A stretch of DNA of 64,000 nt. It comes from Eledone cirrhosa. Taxonomy: Eukaryota. The stretch is taken from positions 351,106,001-351,170,000 of the forward strand of contig OZ024743.1 of NCBI GenBank assembly GCA_964016885.1, read 5' to 3'. Shown in pieces: positions 26,488-40,816 of this stretch. The position numbers and the translations under genes were made by a program. Every line of letters begins with the position of its first letter. The stretch's first letter is position 1. The notes beneath the pieces are model-generated. The model did no database searches, was not told where the DNA came from, and saw only the letters and a list, made by a program, of their open reading frames with translations.

Positions 26488-27105
26488 GTGAGAGATGGGG
26501 AGAGTGGGAGAGACGGAGGCCAGTGACAGTGGGAATTTGGTTCCTTTGTGTTTGGACCTGGTGTATATGCGTATGTTTCACGGGTATGTAGCAGTTATTG
26601 ACATAAACGAGTAAATAAACGAATTAGTAGATCAATTATTTGACATTTTGTGTTGCAATAGAGCCTAAATATAGACCAAACTCTCTAAGAAATACATCTG
26701 TTAAGACTGTGAATGAACCTCCGTTTATACTGTTTCTAATAAAAGCTAGAGACGTAAACGTGAACAAATGCACTGAAGTGGTTATTCTCAAGTGTGAATA
26801 GTTATAAACAGCAATCTACACACAAAATTTGGCCCTCTCTTACAAGCACTGTTGGACGCATTGGAAAATATAACGTCAGTCATATCTGTTAAACAACTGC
26901 CAAAAGTAATTTTTTTTTTATCAGAAATTCCGAGAAGAGTAATATTGCTTTCCGTAGTAAAAATATAGCTAAAAAAATTCATTCAGACGAGAAAACAAAA
27001 AAAGTGTGAGGTATATGTTTATGTCTATCTCCATATGTATTTATCTACTTAACTCTCTCCCTCTCACTCACTATAATTTTCTTACAACCCCCTCTCTCTT
27101 GTTGT

Positions 27106-27166
<61 letters not shown>

Positions 27167-27167
<1 letters not shown>

Positions 27168-27455
27168 CGGCGATGAATTAGTTTTGCGAGGTTTTTTATA
27201 TGAAATCGTGTGTCGAAACAAATATTGTTATACTTGGGGAGGGTCATATTTGATAAACTATATATATGTGTTTGTGTCTATATTGTATCTGTATTATTTT
27301 TGACCGTCGGTCAGTCAATGGCAACATTGAGGACCGAGTAAGTTAGATTACCGATATAAAAGACACAGAAGCGAGAAGCGAAAACCAACCAAACAGTGAG
27401 TGTGTTCTGTTATTAATTCTGGCAATATTACACAAATATGACCCTCCCCAAGTAT

Positions 27456-27462
<7 letters not shown>
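27167..27462 (+). mobile_element. PLE family C pLTR with an inverted 3' piece
   Basis: 27250-27460 is the reverse complement of 5928-6129; 30-bp inverted repeat 27223-27252/27433-27462; (TA)n flanks. Confidence 0.8.
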
Positions 27463-27534
<72 letters not shown>

Positions 27535-27726
27535 CATACATACATATATATAGTTATAGGAATAACCAAAGAGTGGTTAGAAATACATTGTTTTATTAGC
27601 TAATAGTGTTTCATCCTATTTGAGCTAAAACCACACTGTCATACCAAAGGCATTATATCTACATGTCTGGGCATATTGATATATTTGTCAACGAAATATA
27701 GATATCTATATATATATATATATATA

Positions 27727-27928
27727 TAGGAACAAGTAAGACCCCGGCGGCTGAGCTCAAGCCGTTTCGACGGCTAATTCTGGACTCGTGCGTCCAGAAT
27801 TAGCCGTCGAAACGGCTTGAGCTCAGCCGCCGGGGTCTTACTTGTTCCTATTACCCACTCTACTACCCTAAGTATTGAGTACTTTGGTGCGTTATGGTCC
27901 ACCTGGTTCCTTACCACATTTCCTTCGT
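27727..27928 (+). mobile_element. PLE family A fold-back mini-element (cleanest copy)
   Basis: Perfect ~59-bp-arm hairpin 27727-27850 plus tail ending ttccttcgt(TA)n. Confidence 0.92.
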
Positions 27929-28038
<110 letters not shown>

Positions 28039-28559
28039 AGAGAGAGAGAGATCCTTGTTTCAGTTAGGTATATTTGAGAAAAGGGAGGAAAAGAATGACT
28101 TCACTTGTAGTTCTAAATAATTTGATTTAATTTTATATTATAATATGTTGGTAGATCTAGTAAGTTCTTTGTTAACTTCGGTGGGAAGAATTTTAAAGAT
28201 TCCTGGTTAACTTTTGTTAGGCAATCACAGCTACATGATGGTTCGATCATGCAACCAGTCACACTACATCATCAGACAGTATCTAATGTAATAAGGTTAC
28301 GTTTCCGACGAAATTCAATCTAAAAACATGGGAACAATATACCAATCGAACCGGTTATATTTAATGCAACAATTACAAAATTATCCATTCTGTCGGATTA
28401 AAGAAGAAATAATCTTTAAATGTATTACTGTGCATTTTCACCTTCACTTTTTAACTATATATATATATATATATATTTATATACACACACTTATGTAAAT
28501 ATATATATATATATACATACATACATACATACATACATACATACATACATACATACATA

Positions 28560-29250
28560 GAAAAGATAGCCCCGATAATAAACACATAAAAAGCTACAGC
28601 AATGTGGAAGACATCTATGTACATAATATGAAAGAGTACTGGTGGAATGTTCCAGAAAAAACCCCAATAAAATGCAGGCATAACAGACCAGATATTATGA
28701 TATGGGACAGGGAGAAGAAAGCATGCACAGTAGTGGAAATTAGCTGTCCTGCAGATGCCAATATAATATCAAAGATTAGCGAAAAGGAAAATATTTATGC
28801 ACAACTGATGAAAATCAGCAGATACTGAACCCTGATTATACCTTCAGATTTATGGCTGTTATTATTGGGGCACTGGGGTATGTTAGTAACTGCCTCAATA
28901 CAAATCTTGAGAAGCTGGGCTTCACAGGAACAGAAAGAACACAACTAGTTAGGAAATTACAAGTACAATCCATTAATGGAACAGTAAAAATATGTAAAAC
29001 ATTCCAAAAATTGTGCATCTAATAACTGCATATACACATGTACAGATACAAAGCATATACACATGCACATATACAACTCAAAACATACACATCCACACAT
29101 ACAATAATATCCATATCTACGCATGCATGCATACATACATATCTATCTAGTTGATATTGTGTAAATTCCAATGAGAGAGTCTTGTGTCTATGTTAGAAAC
29201 CGACTCTCTCTCTATTGGAAAAAAATGTGTGAAATTATAAAACCAGAAGA
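28560..29250 (+). mobile_element. 5'-truncated R4/Dong-like non-LTR retrotransposon (RLE domain and 3' UTR) in (TACA)n
   Basis: WWNVP..T..KCRHNRPDIMIWDREKK...VEISCPAD.N...EKENIY..L...VIIGALG...LEKLG...GTVKICKTF; TACA repeats on both sides. Confidence 0.85.
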
Positions 29251-29348
29251 ACATACATACACGCACATCCACACAGACACGCACATAAATATATACATAC
29301 ATACATACATACACACTCATATATATATATTTATATATATATATATAT

Positions 29349-29558
29349 GAAAAGATTTAGGACACCGGCGGCTGAGCTCCGGCCGTTTCGACAGCTAGAT
29401 CCGAACTAAAGCGCCAGAATTAGTTCGGATCTAGCTGTTGAAAGGGCCGGAGCTCAGCCGTCGGGGTCCTGAACCTTTTCATATTACCCACTCTACTGCC
29501 CCAAGTATCTAGTACTCTGGTGGGTTATGGTTCACCTGGTATTTTACCACATCCTATT

Positions 29559-29560
<2 letters not shown>
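29349..29560 (+). mobile_element. PLE family A (diverged subfamily) fold-back mini-element
   Basis: Hairpin with apex ~29410 plus tail. Confidence 0.85.
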
Positions 29561-29632
<72 letters not shown>

Positions 29633-29683
29633 GTATACTCGCTCATAAGTATTGAATGCTCATTCGGTTAATATTTCTATGTA

Positions 29684-30032
29684 TAATAATTGTTTCTACT
29701 TTTGGCACAAGGCCAGCAAATATCCCAGTGCATTACTGGTACTTTATTATATCGACCCCGTAAGGATGAAAGGCAAAGTTAACCTCGGCGGGATTTGAAC
29801 TCAGATCATAAAGGGATGTAACTCTATGCTTCAAAGCATGGCGCCCGACCCTCTACCGATACTGCCAATCCATAATAATTGTTTCTACTTTTGGCACAAG
29901 GCCAGCAATTATTCCAGGGTATTACTGGTACTTTATTTTATCGACCCCTGTAAGGATAAAAGGCAAAGTTAACCTCGGCGGGATTTGAACTCAGAATGGC
30001 AAGGGCCGTAACTATGCGTCAAAGCATGGCGT
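29684..30032 (-). mobile_element. Two tandem S1 SINEs
   Basis: 29684-29871 and 29872-30032. Confidence 0.9.
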
Positions 30033-30281
30033 CAATAATGAAATATATGTGTATGCGTGACTGCATGAGGCGTGTATCGGCTGTATTGTCTGTAGCTGTG
30101 GTGATGATGGGGGTAGTGATATTTTAACTCTTTCTTCCAATTAATTGATTAATAAATTTACACCTACTTTATCCGCAATGCCATCATCTTGTGGCATTTT
30201 GTTTATCTTCTAATTAGTTATCACATATTGATGGTCTTTTTTATTTACATGCCTAGCTAATTAACTTTCTATCTAGCCATT

Positions 30282-30369
<88 letters not shown>

Positions 30370-30477
30370 CTTTCTCTCTCTCACCACACAAACACTCAGA
30401 TATATATATAGGTACCTCAGTAAATCATAAATCTACTTAATCACCTGATATATATACGTTATATATATATATATATT

Positions 30478-30652
30478 ATCAAGAAAACGAAAAATCAGTG
30501 ATGCATCTGGACTTAGTTTATTTCGTGTTACAAATGTTTCGCCGGCATGTAGCTCGAGTCATGGTCCTTGTATGGATCTGGCTGAATCTACTTCAGCGGG
30601 TTCTTTCAGACACGTCTGTTATGTCCGGAGCAAATTTTATCACATATACAGT
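30478..30652 (-). mobile_element. PLE-like pLTR remnant (family L), HHR-like fold at 30524-30614
   Basis: CGTGT-CTGAAAGA-ACC...GGC-GAA-ACATTTGT-A-ACACG; perfect stem I, one extra A in the core. Confidence 0.6.
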
Positions 30653-30671
30653 ATATATATATATATATATA

Positions 30672-30800
30672 TAGGAAAATGTTTAAGACCCCGACGCCAG
30701 AGCTCAAGCCGTTTCGACGGCTATTTCTGGACTACTACCCAAAGTATTGAGTACTCTGGTGTGTTATGGTCCACCTTGTTCCTTACCACACTTCCTTCGC
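30672..30800 (+). mobile_element. PLE family A fold-back fragment
   Basis: Arm and tail as in other A copies. Confidence 0.85.
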
Positions 30801-30909
<109 letters not shown>

Positions 30910-31068
30910 CATTAACAGAGAAAGCTTTAAGCGATATTCTGACCAACTCCATCTCACTCAACAAACATTAGGATATACCTAAGTATAATCCCAATTAAGT
31001 GTTTGGGGTGCTAAGTATATAGTATTTCGTGGAAAGTTGGTTGTATTATTTTATATGAGACATATATA

Positions 31069-31126
<58 letters not shown>

Positions 31127-31459
31127 AAAAGTATGACCCCGACGGCAGACCTCAAGCCGTTTCGACGGCTATTTCTGGACTAAATTAGAATTTTTAGCCT
31201 GGTGAATAAATAGCCGAAATTGTCAAGGGGGTACTTCCTTATATGGGAAGATTGTAGTTGTCAAGAGGATTGGTTAAAATTTATTGTAAACTCAAATAAG
31301 TCTATCATGGCATTTGGTGGGAGGTAGGGGTGGCTGAACTTGCCTGTAGAACAATAGGGAAGTGAGTGGAGTCGGTCAAGCGTTGAAAGTGATAAGTATA
31401 CAGCAGATTCTAAGGATAGTGTATGAAATGGGGGAGGGAGGTTATAGAATAGGTAATTT

Positions 31460-32594
31460 TCTCCCGGAAGCCACTCACCGAAATGTTTCCTGCATTCGGC
31501 GGTGGATTCTACCGCGATGATGGGCTCCTCATCCTCAAAGGGTACAACTCCAGTAGTACAGACCGGGTCCGTAAACAACTTATCAACTTCTTCCGGGACT
31601 GGGGATTTAAAATCACCCTACAAACGTCCATAACCCGACTCAATTTCCTGGACGTTATCCTTAACCTCGAAAATGATCTGTACTACCCATACCGAAACCA
31701 AATGACAACCTGCGCTACATCCACCGCCGCTCTAACCATCCTAGAAACATCACCAATAACCTGGTTAAAAACATCTCCCTCCGCATATCTCGTTTGTCCA
31801 CTAATGAGCAGATATTCGACGAACATGCGCCTCATTACAACCAGGCCCTCAAGCGGAGTGTCTTCCGGGAGGAAATATCCTTTTATCCAGCTTCCCTTAG
31901 GGGAACCAGCAGGCGACACCGCCGCTCACGCAACGTAACGTGGTTCAATCCTCCCCATAATGCCGAGGTGGCAACACCTATCGGGAAAATCTTCTTTAGG
32001 CTCCTTGAAAAACACTTCCCACTACAACACCGCTTCCACAACATAATCAACAAAAACACCATCAAACTCTCCTACAGCACCACACCTCAAACAACAAAAA
32101 ACTCAACCCCTATGGAAGAAACAACCTGGACATCAGTGGAGAGCCGACCAGGAGGTGTAACTGCCTGATATATCTACGTGCCCCCTCAACAACAAATTCC
32201 GAGAACGTAACGTGATGTACCAGTGCAACGTGAGGACGGACACCGCCAACAAAGCTTATATAGGATTAACCGCGTGTAACTTCAAGACCCGGCTTTACCA
32301 ACACAGACATACTTTCCGAAACCCGGTCCGGGGACATGCCACTACACTTTCGGGCCACATCTGGGACCTCCAAGATAATAATATAGCCTACAATCTCACT
32401 TGGATCTTACTGTCCAGAGTAAACTCTTACACGGGAGGACGCCGTCCGTGTAACTTATGCTCGGAGGAAACATTACAAAGCTGTTTTCGAAGGACCAACT
32501 CCTAAACAAGAAAGACGAACTGGTAACCGCATGCAAACACAGATTGCGTAGGACTTACCTCACCCTCAAACCCCATAACGACCCGGGTGGGTAG
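31460..32594 (+). pseudogene. PLE reverse transcriptase C-half, Cys-rich linker and GIY-YIG endonuclease (frameshifted)
   Basis: YRDDGL at 31510, NFLDV.LNL, WFNPP, KLSYS, CNC..CPL, VMYQC...YIGLT...FKTRLYQH, LSGHIW, CNLCSEE, LLNKKDELVTACKH. Confidence 0.92.
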
Positions 32595-33285
32595 ACAAGG
32601 GCTGATACCCCCCCCCCCCCCACTTGCCGAATAAGTTAGGGGAAACCCCAGCTTATATAGGTAGATGTATCTCTTTTCTTTTCCTCTATGTCTTCTTCCC
32701 TCTGTCTCATCCTATCACTTCCTTCCACCCCCTATTTTCTCCCTCGTCTGCTTTCCCCCTTTCGCCTACCCAGATGCAGCCCATCGGGCCTCTGTAGCAT
32801 CAGTTCCACCACCCCTGTAATTTTAAGATAGAATTGGCCGAATACGTTTTACTAACTACTTATAGCAGATGTGTTAGACCCCTTTAATGTTGTATCAGTT
32901 TTGTTACTACTCCATTTCTACAATTTGTTTCTATTCTCAACTTAATAACCTCTAATTGTAAGATGGCATTGTGATTTTTTTAATTCATTTCTCACTATCT
33001 AATTTTATATATGTTTTTATTTCTTTCTATTATCTTTTATTGTCTCCTACTCTCATTCGAATTACCTATTCTATAACCTCCCTCCTCCATTTCATACTCT
33101 ATCCTTAGAATCTGCTGTATACTTATCACTTTCAACGCTTGACCGACTCCACTCACTTCCCTATTGTTCTACAGGCAAGTTCAGCCACCCCTACCTCCCA
33201 CCAAATGCCATGATAGACTTATTTGTGTTTACAACAAATTTTAACCAATCCTCTTGACAACTACGATCTTCCCATATAAGGAAGT

Positions 33286-33371
33286 ACCCCCTTGACAATT
33301 TCGGCTATTTATTCACCAGGTTAAACATTTTAATTTAGCCGTCGAAACGGCTTGAGGTCTGCCGTCGGGGT
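33286..33371 (+). ncRNA. Type I hammerhead with U3-A8 core (family A); second copy at 31136-31232 minus
   Basis: CCCC-TTGACAA-tttCGGCTA...TAGCCGtc-GAA-ACGGC(TTGAGGTCT)GCCGT-C-GGGG; GUC site after 33366. Confidence 0.75.
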
Positions 33372-33767
33372 CCTACTTTTTCCTATTTCCCACTCTACCT
33401 CCCTAAGTATTGAGTACTCTGGTGCGTTATGCTCCATCTGGTTCCTTACCACAATTCCTTTGTTATATATATATATATATAATTGGTTCTACTATTGGCA
33501 CAAGGCCTTCAATTATCCCAGTGTATTACTGGTACTTTATTTAATCGACTCCGTAAAGATGAAAAGCAAATATATAATGATTTCCCATTACGACGTTGCG
33601 TTTTTTAAAAATGTAAACAATATATTCCATTACGGTATGATGTTGACAGAAATGTTTTGGTTGAGGTATTCATATCTTATTTAATTCTAGGGAATCCCAT
33701 TATTAAGGACGAAACATGTAAATTAAAATATGATATAGTTAGCAGTGTTTCGTTTTAATTTTCAAGA

Positions 33768-34340
<573 letters not shown>

Positions 34341-34385
34341 TTATCTATCTATCTCTCTCTCTCTCTCTCTCTCACTCTCTCTCTT

Positions 34386-34438
<53 letters not shown>

Positions 34439-34799
34439 ACAAAGCGCAGTTTCACATTAGGCTTTTGTTGATTAGGCTCAGTTGCGAATGTTTTACACTG
34501 CTATAGCTTAGAGTGTTAATATTGGTACCTCAGTAAACCATAAATCTACTGAATCACCTGATATATACACACACATACACACACATACACCCACACACAC
34601 ACACATATATACATATATATATATATATACACATATATATGTGGGTGCGTGTGTCTCTACATGTGTGTGAGTGTGTGGGTGCGTGTGTGTGTGAGTGAGT
34701 GTGTTTTCATGGATGTGTGTGTGTGTGTGTTTTTCGCCTCGGTCAAAAACATACACATGCACACATTAATTAAATATTCCTACCGCAACATGATTTAAG

Positions 34800-35460
34800 T
34801 AAACATGGAATTATTGCCAAGGGGTGTATTCTTGTTTCGTAGACCTCGTAGGGAGATATGACCGTATTCCACGGGACCTGTTGTGTAACGTTTTGCAGAC
34901 ATATGGTATCGATTGGCAGCTTTATCTTGCCCTAATGATCTATACGAATGACCTAGAATTTGTGTTCGGATAAATGGTGCTGAGACGAAACCATCCAATG
35001 TGGGCGTCGTACTCCGCCATGGATGTGTACTGTCACCTTTTGTTCATAATCTTCGTGGACAGGATTCACATGCACAGCCTGACTAGAAGTGGTATCTTGA
35101 CTGCTAAATTAAATGCAAGAATTGCAGCAGCAGCTGGAGCAATAGTGCACCAGCTTCAGCATTCGGTCATCAGAAGTAGGTGTAAAAGCCAAACTCGCTA
35201 TCTTCAATTCGGTATTCGTATCAACCCTCACCGATGGATAATGACCAAAAGAATACGATCGCGAATACAAGCGGCCTAAATGGGGTTCCTCCGAAGTGTT
35301 TTCAGGTAACGTTACACGATAGAGTGCGTAGCTCTAAGATCAGAGACTTATTCTGAGTAGAGCCGCTATTTCGCTGAATGGAGAGGTCACAGTTTCGATA
35401 TTACGGAAATAGTGTTAGAATAACTCAGGAAAAAATTGTTGAACAGATTTTAGAGACCAA
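34800..35460 (+). pseudogene. Decayed Rex3/RTE-type LINE RT fragments
   Basis: Decayed SPLLFIIFVDRI-like segment, WIMTKRIRSRIQAA, VEPL...ERSQ. Confidence 0.75.
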
Positions 35461-35714
35461 GTCTTAAGAATAACTTCCACTCTCTTTTTTGCACCAGATA
35501 TGAGCACTGCCTTTCCCTGTATGATTAAACAATTGAAAAAATTGGCACCTCTATTCTCATCAACACAAACATTTTGGTTTCAACTCTGCCACAAACAACA
35601 ACGGCAAAGACGACAAATATTATAACAATACTTAGTATTGCAGCAACAACAATAACAACAGTAACAATATCAATTATTAAACATCAACAGCAACAAAATA
35701 AGTACAAATAGTGA

Positions 35715-36060
35715 TGATGGCTCCTACGTCGATTTCAGCGGTGATCATTCTGTTGTTTGCTCAACTGGACGTCTAACTCACAAATTAAACTGCCAGTATT
35801 TGAGTATATCACAGACACATGTACTCTTAAGATAATTCCCAAGTCGGATCAGCGTGACACAATATAAGACAGGGCTGGACCTTTCATGTATAATCCTCCC
35901 GGTGATTTTCACACAGTTCCATCAACCCATATTCACTTACAAGTCTTCAAACGAACCGAGGCTGTGGTAAATAAATCACGCCCAAGATCACCACAGAGTG
36001 TTATCGAACCCCGAATCTCAGGATTTAGAGGCGAATTTCTTAACCACTCAGCCATGCCTA
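35715..36060 (-). mobile_element. SINE S2, decayed
   Basis: Reverse complement head aggcatggctgagtggttaag ... gggttcgat. Confidence 0.7.
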
Positions 36061-36351
36061 TGTTCACATAGTTGAAAAGAATCAACAGCCAAGACGATAT
36101 AATATTAAATTTACCGTCTGAATTATTTATCTATTATTGATTTATTTGTATCTGCTACTTGTTTGATTTATTAGTTTTTATCATTTCCTCTCTTGTTTCT
36201 CTCTATGTATGTATGTATGTATTATGTATGTATGTATGTGTGTGTGTGTGTATGTGTGTTTGTATATATGTGTGTATGTATCTACATATATACGCACAAA
36301 TATATATATATAAATGTGTGTGTATGCGTCTGTCCATATACGTATGTGTGA

Positions 36352-36419
<68 letters not shown>

Positions 36420-36855
36420 CCATAAGTTACTCATGTATATATACATATTTTGGCATATATGAATGTATATATGGATGTGATTATTTGCGTCTGTCTGCGT
36501 ATATGCTGTATTTATCGTATGTGTGTATCTGCACCCGTCTGAGGGTGCATATGTGTATGTTGTGAAATGTGTGAGTATATATGTGTAAATGTTTTGAATG
36601 TCTGTAGTTGTGTGTGTATGTGTGTGTGTGTGTGAGAGTGTGTATGTATGTGTGTGCGCGCGTGCGTGTTAATCTTCATCTTTATCTCCCGGTAAATTCT
36701 TCCCCCTTCCCTCGAGCTGGCAATCATAACTGGTCCGTTCAGCTCACCATCACAACCAGTTTGACAGATCGACCCTTCAAACAATGCAACATCACAAGAG
36801 CTTATCAAAAATACATTACACTCACTTTACAATGGCATCGTTTAAGTCTCTGGTC

Positions 36856-36896
36856 GCCATCTTAGGTCACGTGCAGCTCTCATCGCAATGACGTCA
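36856..36896. promoter_or_regulatory. Candidate cis-regulatory motif cluster (YY1, USF/TFE-type E-box, CRE)
   Basis: GCCATCTT at 36856, GTCACGTG at 36866 and TGACGTCA at 36889, within 41 bp of non-repetitive DNA. Confidence 0.35.
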
Positions 36897-37353
36897 GAGA
36901 AGTGACTAATGTTAATCTCACCTTGTATTTTTTGTGTTATTGATATTATTGTTATTGTTGGTTTTTGCGGCATTAATGTCTGATTTTGTATATATATTTT
37001 TTTGTTTTTTGTTTTGTTTTATTTGACTTTTATCAATGTTATTGATGTTATTGTATATTTTTGTCACCGATGTCTGTTGTTCTTTTTCTCGACATTGTTC
37101 CTATCGTCATTTGTTGTTATTGGTGTTGTTGCTATTGTGGTTGTTGTCGTTTAGCTCCATATCAGATATGAATGACCAGAATTGGAATCGCAGTCATCCC
37201 AACCGTGACCATCCTGTCTTTTGGTGGCGTTGTTTCTTGACGGGCCAGCTTCAGTCATGAGCATCCTGTCTTTTTATTCTGATAATATAGTTAGGATCAC
37301 TTTATTTAAAATAACCTTCATTTCTTTTAAGAATTTTTCGCAGTTATTATTAA

Positions 37354-37770
37354 TTGGCAGTATCGGTAGAGGGTCGGACGCCATGCTTTCCAGCATAGTT
37401 ACGTCCCTTTACGATCTGAGTTCAAATCCCGCCGAGGTTGACTTTGCCTTTCATCCTTACGGGGTCGATAAAATAAAGTACCAGTAATGCACTGGGTAAT
37501 TGCTGGCCTTGTGCCTAAAGTAGAAACAATTATTAATATGTCGCGTAGGCCGGTCGATTGGCTGTATCGGTAAAGCGTCGGACAACATGCTTTGCAGCAT
37601 AGAGTTACGGCCCTTTATGATCTGAGTTCAAATTCTGCCGAGTTTAACTTTGCCTTTCATCCTTACAGGGTCAATAAAATAAAGTACCAGTAATGCACTG
37701 AGATCGATTTAATCGACTTTCCCCTCCCCCAAAAATTGCTGGCCTTGAGCTTATATAAGAAACCCTTATT
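37354..37770 (+). mobile_element. Two tandem S1 SINEs (short then long variant)
   Basis: 37354-37535 and 37549-37770; both are followed by ttattaatatgtcgcgta, a probable TSD. Confidence 0.9.
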
Positions 37771-38624
37771 AATATGTCGCGTAACGATGTACAGGCTCGG
37801 TAGTTGACTAGATTTTGTGGTGGTGATGATGGTGGTGGAGTTGATGGTGGTGGTGTTGGTGGTGGTTTGGTAGCGGCGGTTGTTAGTGGTGGTAGCGGTG
37901 GTGGTGGTAGTAATCATGGTAGTGGTAGTGTTGTTTCTTCTGGCAGATAATTTGTACCTACTTTTGATTCGGGTGGTAGGATATGATTTTATAGGGTTTT
38001 GACAATTTTCATAACAGATCTAATGACAAGATAGAAAGTTTCCTGTAGGTTGATGCGTCCATGAAAAGTTTTCCATCATTGGTTATAATAATGGGGAGCA
38101 GATTGTATGGTTCTTACTATTCTATTGGAGTTAATGTTAGGTTTATTAATTTATAGAGTAGAATTATAAACAATAATAACCAGTTTATCGAGAAATGGCG
38201 TGTGTTAGCGTTGTATATAAACAAAGTGTCAGGAGAAAATGCACACAGTTACATAAGACGAACAGAAAATTACATATTTACCTTGTCAGCCATCTTGCTG
38301 GTGTTCGATTTGTAACTATATATATCCATATCCCATTTCTTAACCATTATCTCTTATTTGGCACAAAACTCTCTATGACAAACTATCTATATTATATGGA
38401 CAATCATGTGACTGCGAAAATGGCAATAAGAAACCTCAAACACGAACTGGCGCGAAATTTGATGTACTTTTTTACGTGACAGTCATCAACCAACCAAATT
38501 ACACTTATAAAAAAAAACAACAATTTCAGCCTCATTTTTTACTGAAGCCGGTAAAGGAAACAAATAAATATTCTTAAAAAGACTCCAGTTGCATTTTCGA
38601 TTTCTTTTCCTTATACGTTCACTC

Positions 38625-38757
38625 TGTCCTTGAGCAAGACACTTTATTTCACGTTGCTCCTTCTACCTGGAGTTGCGACCGATAGATAGTATTAGCAATT
38701 GGAAAGACCAACGGAAACATTGTTCCCTCGGTCCGATTTGACGAAAGTCGATCGTCC
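38625..38757 (+). mobile_element. 5'-truncated copy of the 4955-5172 SINE
   Basis: Near-identical over ~130 bp; followed by taatatatata. Confidence 0.85.
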
Positions 38758-39064
38758 TTAATATATATAAGAATAACATTAAGAAAGATGATGTGATTAC
38801 ATAAAGCATTTATTCATTATAATTATTTCTATGGCTACCTTTATGCAATCCAAGATGCAGTATTTCCATTTGTTGCTGGTATGGGACCGATTTCGTCAGA
38901 TGACTATTCGTTCATGTGATATGCTGCAGGCAAAAGCATGTTCTTCTTACGTGCCGGGCATCTTTCTTAATGTTATTCTTATACTGAATCTCAATCGTAA
39001 CTACACACTACTAATGCAGAGAGCTTCCTCCTGCTTACTCCTGTTTTTACCAAAACAAATTTTT

Positions 39065-40140
<1,076 letters not shown>

Positions 40141-40141
40141 T

Positions 40142-40816
40142 ATATATTAAAATAGCAGATTAAAGTTTAAGCAAAGAATCGCTGCTTTCAACCTTAATGG
40201 GATCTTCTGAAACTAAAAAAAAATCAATCTGTGGACGCAGAAGTAAATATTTCGAAAAAAGTTGCAACCGAAGGAAAACAGGAAGACGATACTTTGGTTC
40301 GTGCAGACGTTTCCTGGCAATGAACGGAAAAAAGCGAGGATAATTACGTCGTTATGTGAAGCGAAGAGAACAATTTCACGCAAAGACAAAAAACCAAAAC
40401 CACCTTTATGGTATAAATGGAGTCATTAGACTAATATTCTATTTAGGAAACCGAATGATTCTAAGCTCCGGAGTTTAAGAATAATTGTTTATACTTTTGG
40501 CACAAGGCAGCAATTACCCAGTGCATTACAGGTACTGTATTTTATCGACCCCGTAAGATGAAAAGCAAAGAAGTTTAAGAATAATGTAAATAAATTTAAT
40601 TTGTTTACGGCGTAATTATCCTTGCTTTTTTTCTGTTCATTGCCAGTGGCGTCTTCATGAACTAAAGTAACGTCTTCATGTTTTCCTTCGGTTGCAACAT
40701 TTTTCGAAATATTTACTTCTGCGTCCACAGATTGATTTTTTTTTTTTTTAATTTCAGAAGATCCCGTTAACGGTGAAAGCAGCGATTCTTTGCTTAAACT
40801 TTAATCTGTTATTTTA

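Larger units (their letters stand above)
31123..33463 (+). mobile_element. 5'-truncated Penelope-like retroelement (Neptune-like, family A) with inverted pseudo-LTRs
   Basis: 31123-31458 is the reverse complement of 33060-33384; ORF remnant lies between; (TA)n on both sides. Confidence 0.92.

Noticed and set aside
36512-36808. Minus-strand Cys/Gly-containing ORF as a host exon
   Set aside because: No recognisable domain, runs into a CA repeat, and no convincing splice-site pair.
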